Shown here: piece by piece, positions 31,107-33,318 of the stretch
How the letters are laid out: every line of letters begins with the position of its first letter
How positions within the stretch are numbered: position 1 is the first letter of the stretch
NCBI GenBank assembly: GCA_023334545.1
Contig: JAADVB010000210.1
Span: forward strand, 1 to 33,318
Length of the DNA stretch: 33,318 bases
Source of the DNA: Salisapilia sapeloensis CBS 127946
Lineage: Eukaryota > Protista > Oomycota
Reading direction: 5' to 3'
Notes under the pieces: generated by a model
Databases searched by the model: none
What the model was told of the DNA's origin: nothing
The model's input: only the letters and a program-made list of their open reading frames with translations
Translations under genes and position numbers: made by a program

Positions 31107-32472
31107 GGTTGCAGAAGTGTGGGAATGGATAAACGATCGATGGGAAGTGTGTGTAAGAGAGATGAGTCAATTTGCTTTCTGTCGTGGCAAGGACGGTGGA
31201 AGACAGCACTTGAACACCAAGCAAAGCCACCAGAAATAGCTGCATGCGAAAAGGTCTTTAGAAGGTCGTGAGAATGTTGCGTGTGGAAGATGACAGTGTT
31301 GCGCTAGTGAGCTGGCAAAACCTCTGATATCCGATCCGGGTGGAGAAGGTTACTGGACACCAAAGATGGTACTCGTAACGACGCTCAAGCCGCCAGCTCT
31401 TTAGATGATCTGAAGATCTACATTGAGAGAATACGATGGAGGTATCAAACGTCAGCATTTGATTCTACAACACTACGCACGTCTCTGAGTATATGTAGGA
31501 CTTGAACGGAATTCGACTACGACTACCACGCATGTTTCCTCTATCTACTTGATACTCGTAAAATGTAATGCTGTAGTTTATCATTACCTACATATGTCCG
31601 GTAGTCTACCTCTTTATGTCGAGATGTCATCAGGGAGAACCTGAATAGCTGGTTGTAGTACCAGAGCAGACCCGAAAATGGATTATGGTTGTGCTTGTGA
31701 GTTGAAAAATGTGCCTTGCTCAAGCGTTACGACGCAATTTTTTTAATATCCTTATATCTATTTGTGTGCACAATGCAGCAGCAAGATGTAGCGTATATAG
31801 ATAGGATGAAATGGCCGAGGTTGCCGCCGGTGCATGGCAAAGAATCTGTCTTGCTGTCAGTGTCTACCAAAATCTCACCCAGGCATTACTCGATGACAGG
31901 GCGAGGAATCACATAAGTGATGCACGAAGTGGTACGTGCTGGTCATATTAGATAGCTCTTCGACCAATTTTAAATTTTACATTGCTGTACGAGTGATGCA
32001 TTGCACTTTGCTTCCACTTGGAACCAAATACTCCCGGAACCCTCAAAAGTCATATAATTGATAACGCTCACGTAAAATAATCAGGCAAGGGTAAGATGCT
32101 TGTCAGTCAAAAAGGGTAGGTTTGCTCTCAGAATTGTACCATGAGCAACTGTTAGCTCCGGCTACAATACTGGTGGCAGCCACTTGGCTCCGATATTCTC
32201 TAATCTTTTCCAATCGAGCTGGTTAACGTCATCATGGATAACGGTCCTCTCAAAGGCGGTGGTTGTGGTGTAGGCAAGCGCTGATATTGATAGGACAGAG
32301 ACCATTAGACACGCGAGATATAGGACCGTGTGCCGACTGTGTGCCAGCGGGAAAATCTCGGTTGGACAAACAAGCGCATCATCGCTAGGTCATGTTTTCT
32401 TCTGGAGTATCTCACAGATAACTGGCAGTCTCGATTTTTCACCCGACTGCTCCTCCGTGTTTGACTTTTACC

Positions 32473-33318
32473 ATGGCGCCACAATCATCGCCGATACCCG
32501 TGTCTCCCCATAGTGACCACCATCTATATGCATCAGTCAAATCCCCTCAATCCATTAACGGAAGTGATAATGAAACCCAGCCGACATCACCTGAGGATTT
32601 GCAACCGCGATGGGTCATGTACTGTAGTGTGGTGGTATGCTTACTCCAAACCATTCAGAGCGGATGGTCCAATACGCAATTGAATTATACTGGCTTTCAT
32701 GATGAAGACGACTGCGCTGCGACGCCGGTCGTAGAGGGAACCTGCATGATGTTTCCTGGTCACACGCAGTTGGAGTGGACCTTTGCCATCAACGCATGGC
32801 TCGTAGGCGGTGCAATTGGTAGCTACGTTATCGGCAAGTTCTCATACCATTACGGATCGAAGAATTCCTTGTACCTGAACAGCTTTGTCATTGCTGTTGG
32901 AGCTGTCATCCAGGCAAGTGCCTTCAACGTCTGGCAGTTCACGGCCGGAAGATTTATCTCTGGTCTTGCCACCGGTATCACGTCCGGAGTCACCACGACG
33001 TATCTATCAGAGATTTCACCTCCGAGACTTCGCAGTGCTGTTACTATCTCTTTCCAGATCATCGTGAACGCCTTTGGATTCGTCGCGACGCTCACTTTCT
33101 TTTTTGCTAACACCAGCACCGGCTGGCGGTACATTGCTGCTTTCCCAGCCTTATCGTCCGTATTATTCCTTGCACTTGCTCCCAAGTTCATGGTGAAGAG
33201 TCCAGCGTGGCTCTTGTTGCATGATCGATATGATGAAGCGGAGAGAGAGCTCACTCGTCTGTATGGAGCGGAGAACGTGCCGACTGCCATGGCGTGGATC
33301 GAGTCTCAGCACAACAAA
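32473..33318 (+). CDS. MFS sugar porter (GLUT/SLC2-like), 5' partial; runs off the window end
   Basis: The frame is open from ATG 32473 to the last base (282 codons) and is missing from the ORF track because it has no stop. It reads ...QSGWSNTQLN...PVVEGTCMMFPGHTQLEWTFAINAWLVGGAIG...GRFISGLATG...YLSEISPPRLRS...GWRYIAAFP...KSPAWL. Confidence 0.9.
   Translation, partial: MAPQSSPIPVSPHSDHHLYASVKSPQSINGSDNETQPTSPEDLQPRWVMYCSVVVCLLQTIQSGWSNTQLNYTGFHDEDDCAATPVVEGTCMMFPGHTQLEWTFAINAWLVGGAIGSYVIGKFSYHYGSKNSLYLNSFVIAVGAVIQASAFNVWQFTAGRFISGLATGITSGVTTTYLSEISPPRLRSAVTISFQIIVNAFGFVATLTFFFANTSTGWRYIAAFPALSSVLFLALAPKFMVKSPAWLLLHDRYDEAERELTRLYGAENVPTAMAWIESQHNK

Noticed and set aside
31258-31723. Short minus ORFs upstream of the LRR gene as a possible gene or relic
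   Set aside because: There is no consistent splice model or recognisable motif, so they are indistinguishable from intergenic noise.
1-33318. tRNA, rRNA, snoRNA, CRISPR array, transposon, and RxLR/Crinkler effector
   Set aside because: By eye I found no cloverleaf or T-arm, rRNA signature, spaced direct-repeat array, RT/integrase/transposase motif, terminal repeats, or signal peptide plus RxLR-dEER or LxLFLAK. Small ncRNAs could be missed without covariance-model searches.

Overview
This is eukaryotic nuclear DNA, most likely from an oomycete. That call rests on the RPL10, ABCB and sugar-porter sequence styles and an Inr+FPR-type core promoter; I cannot assign the species. I reconstruct 16 protein-coding genes, many split by very short introns (22 introns of 41-70 nt, all restoring frame). 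In order: ABCB/MDR transporter (5' part, 1-nt frameshift), MAPEG protein, TauE/SafE protein, ankyrin protein, TMEM135-like/CENP-C-type cupin fusion, coiled-coil protein, ALKBH1, LRR protein, an orphan, a secreted fungal-type carboxylesterase, RPL10, NDUFAF7, an APP1-like phosphatase, an ERGIC protein, a Cys-type LRR protein with a BC-box-like N-terminus, and an MFS sugar porter (runs off the end). One long stop-interrupted membrane-protein frame lies at 13.3-14.9 kb, and fainter gene relics occupy other gaps. I saw no rRNA, tRNA, CRISPR array or recognisable transposon. The strongest leads are the TMEM135-cupin fusion, the fungal-like esterase, the stop-interrupted frame and the ABCB frameshift. 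Family assignments come from remembered motifs, not database searches, and I cannot claim that any of this is a new system.
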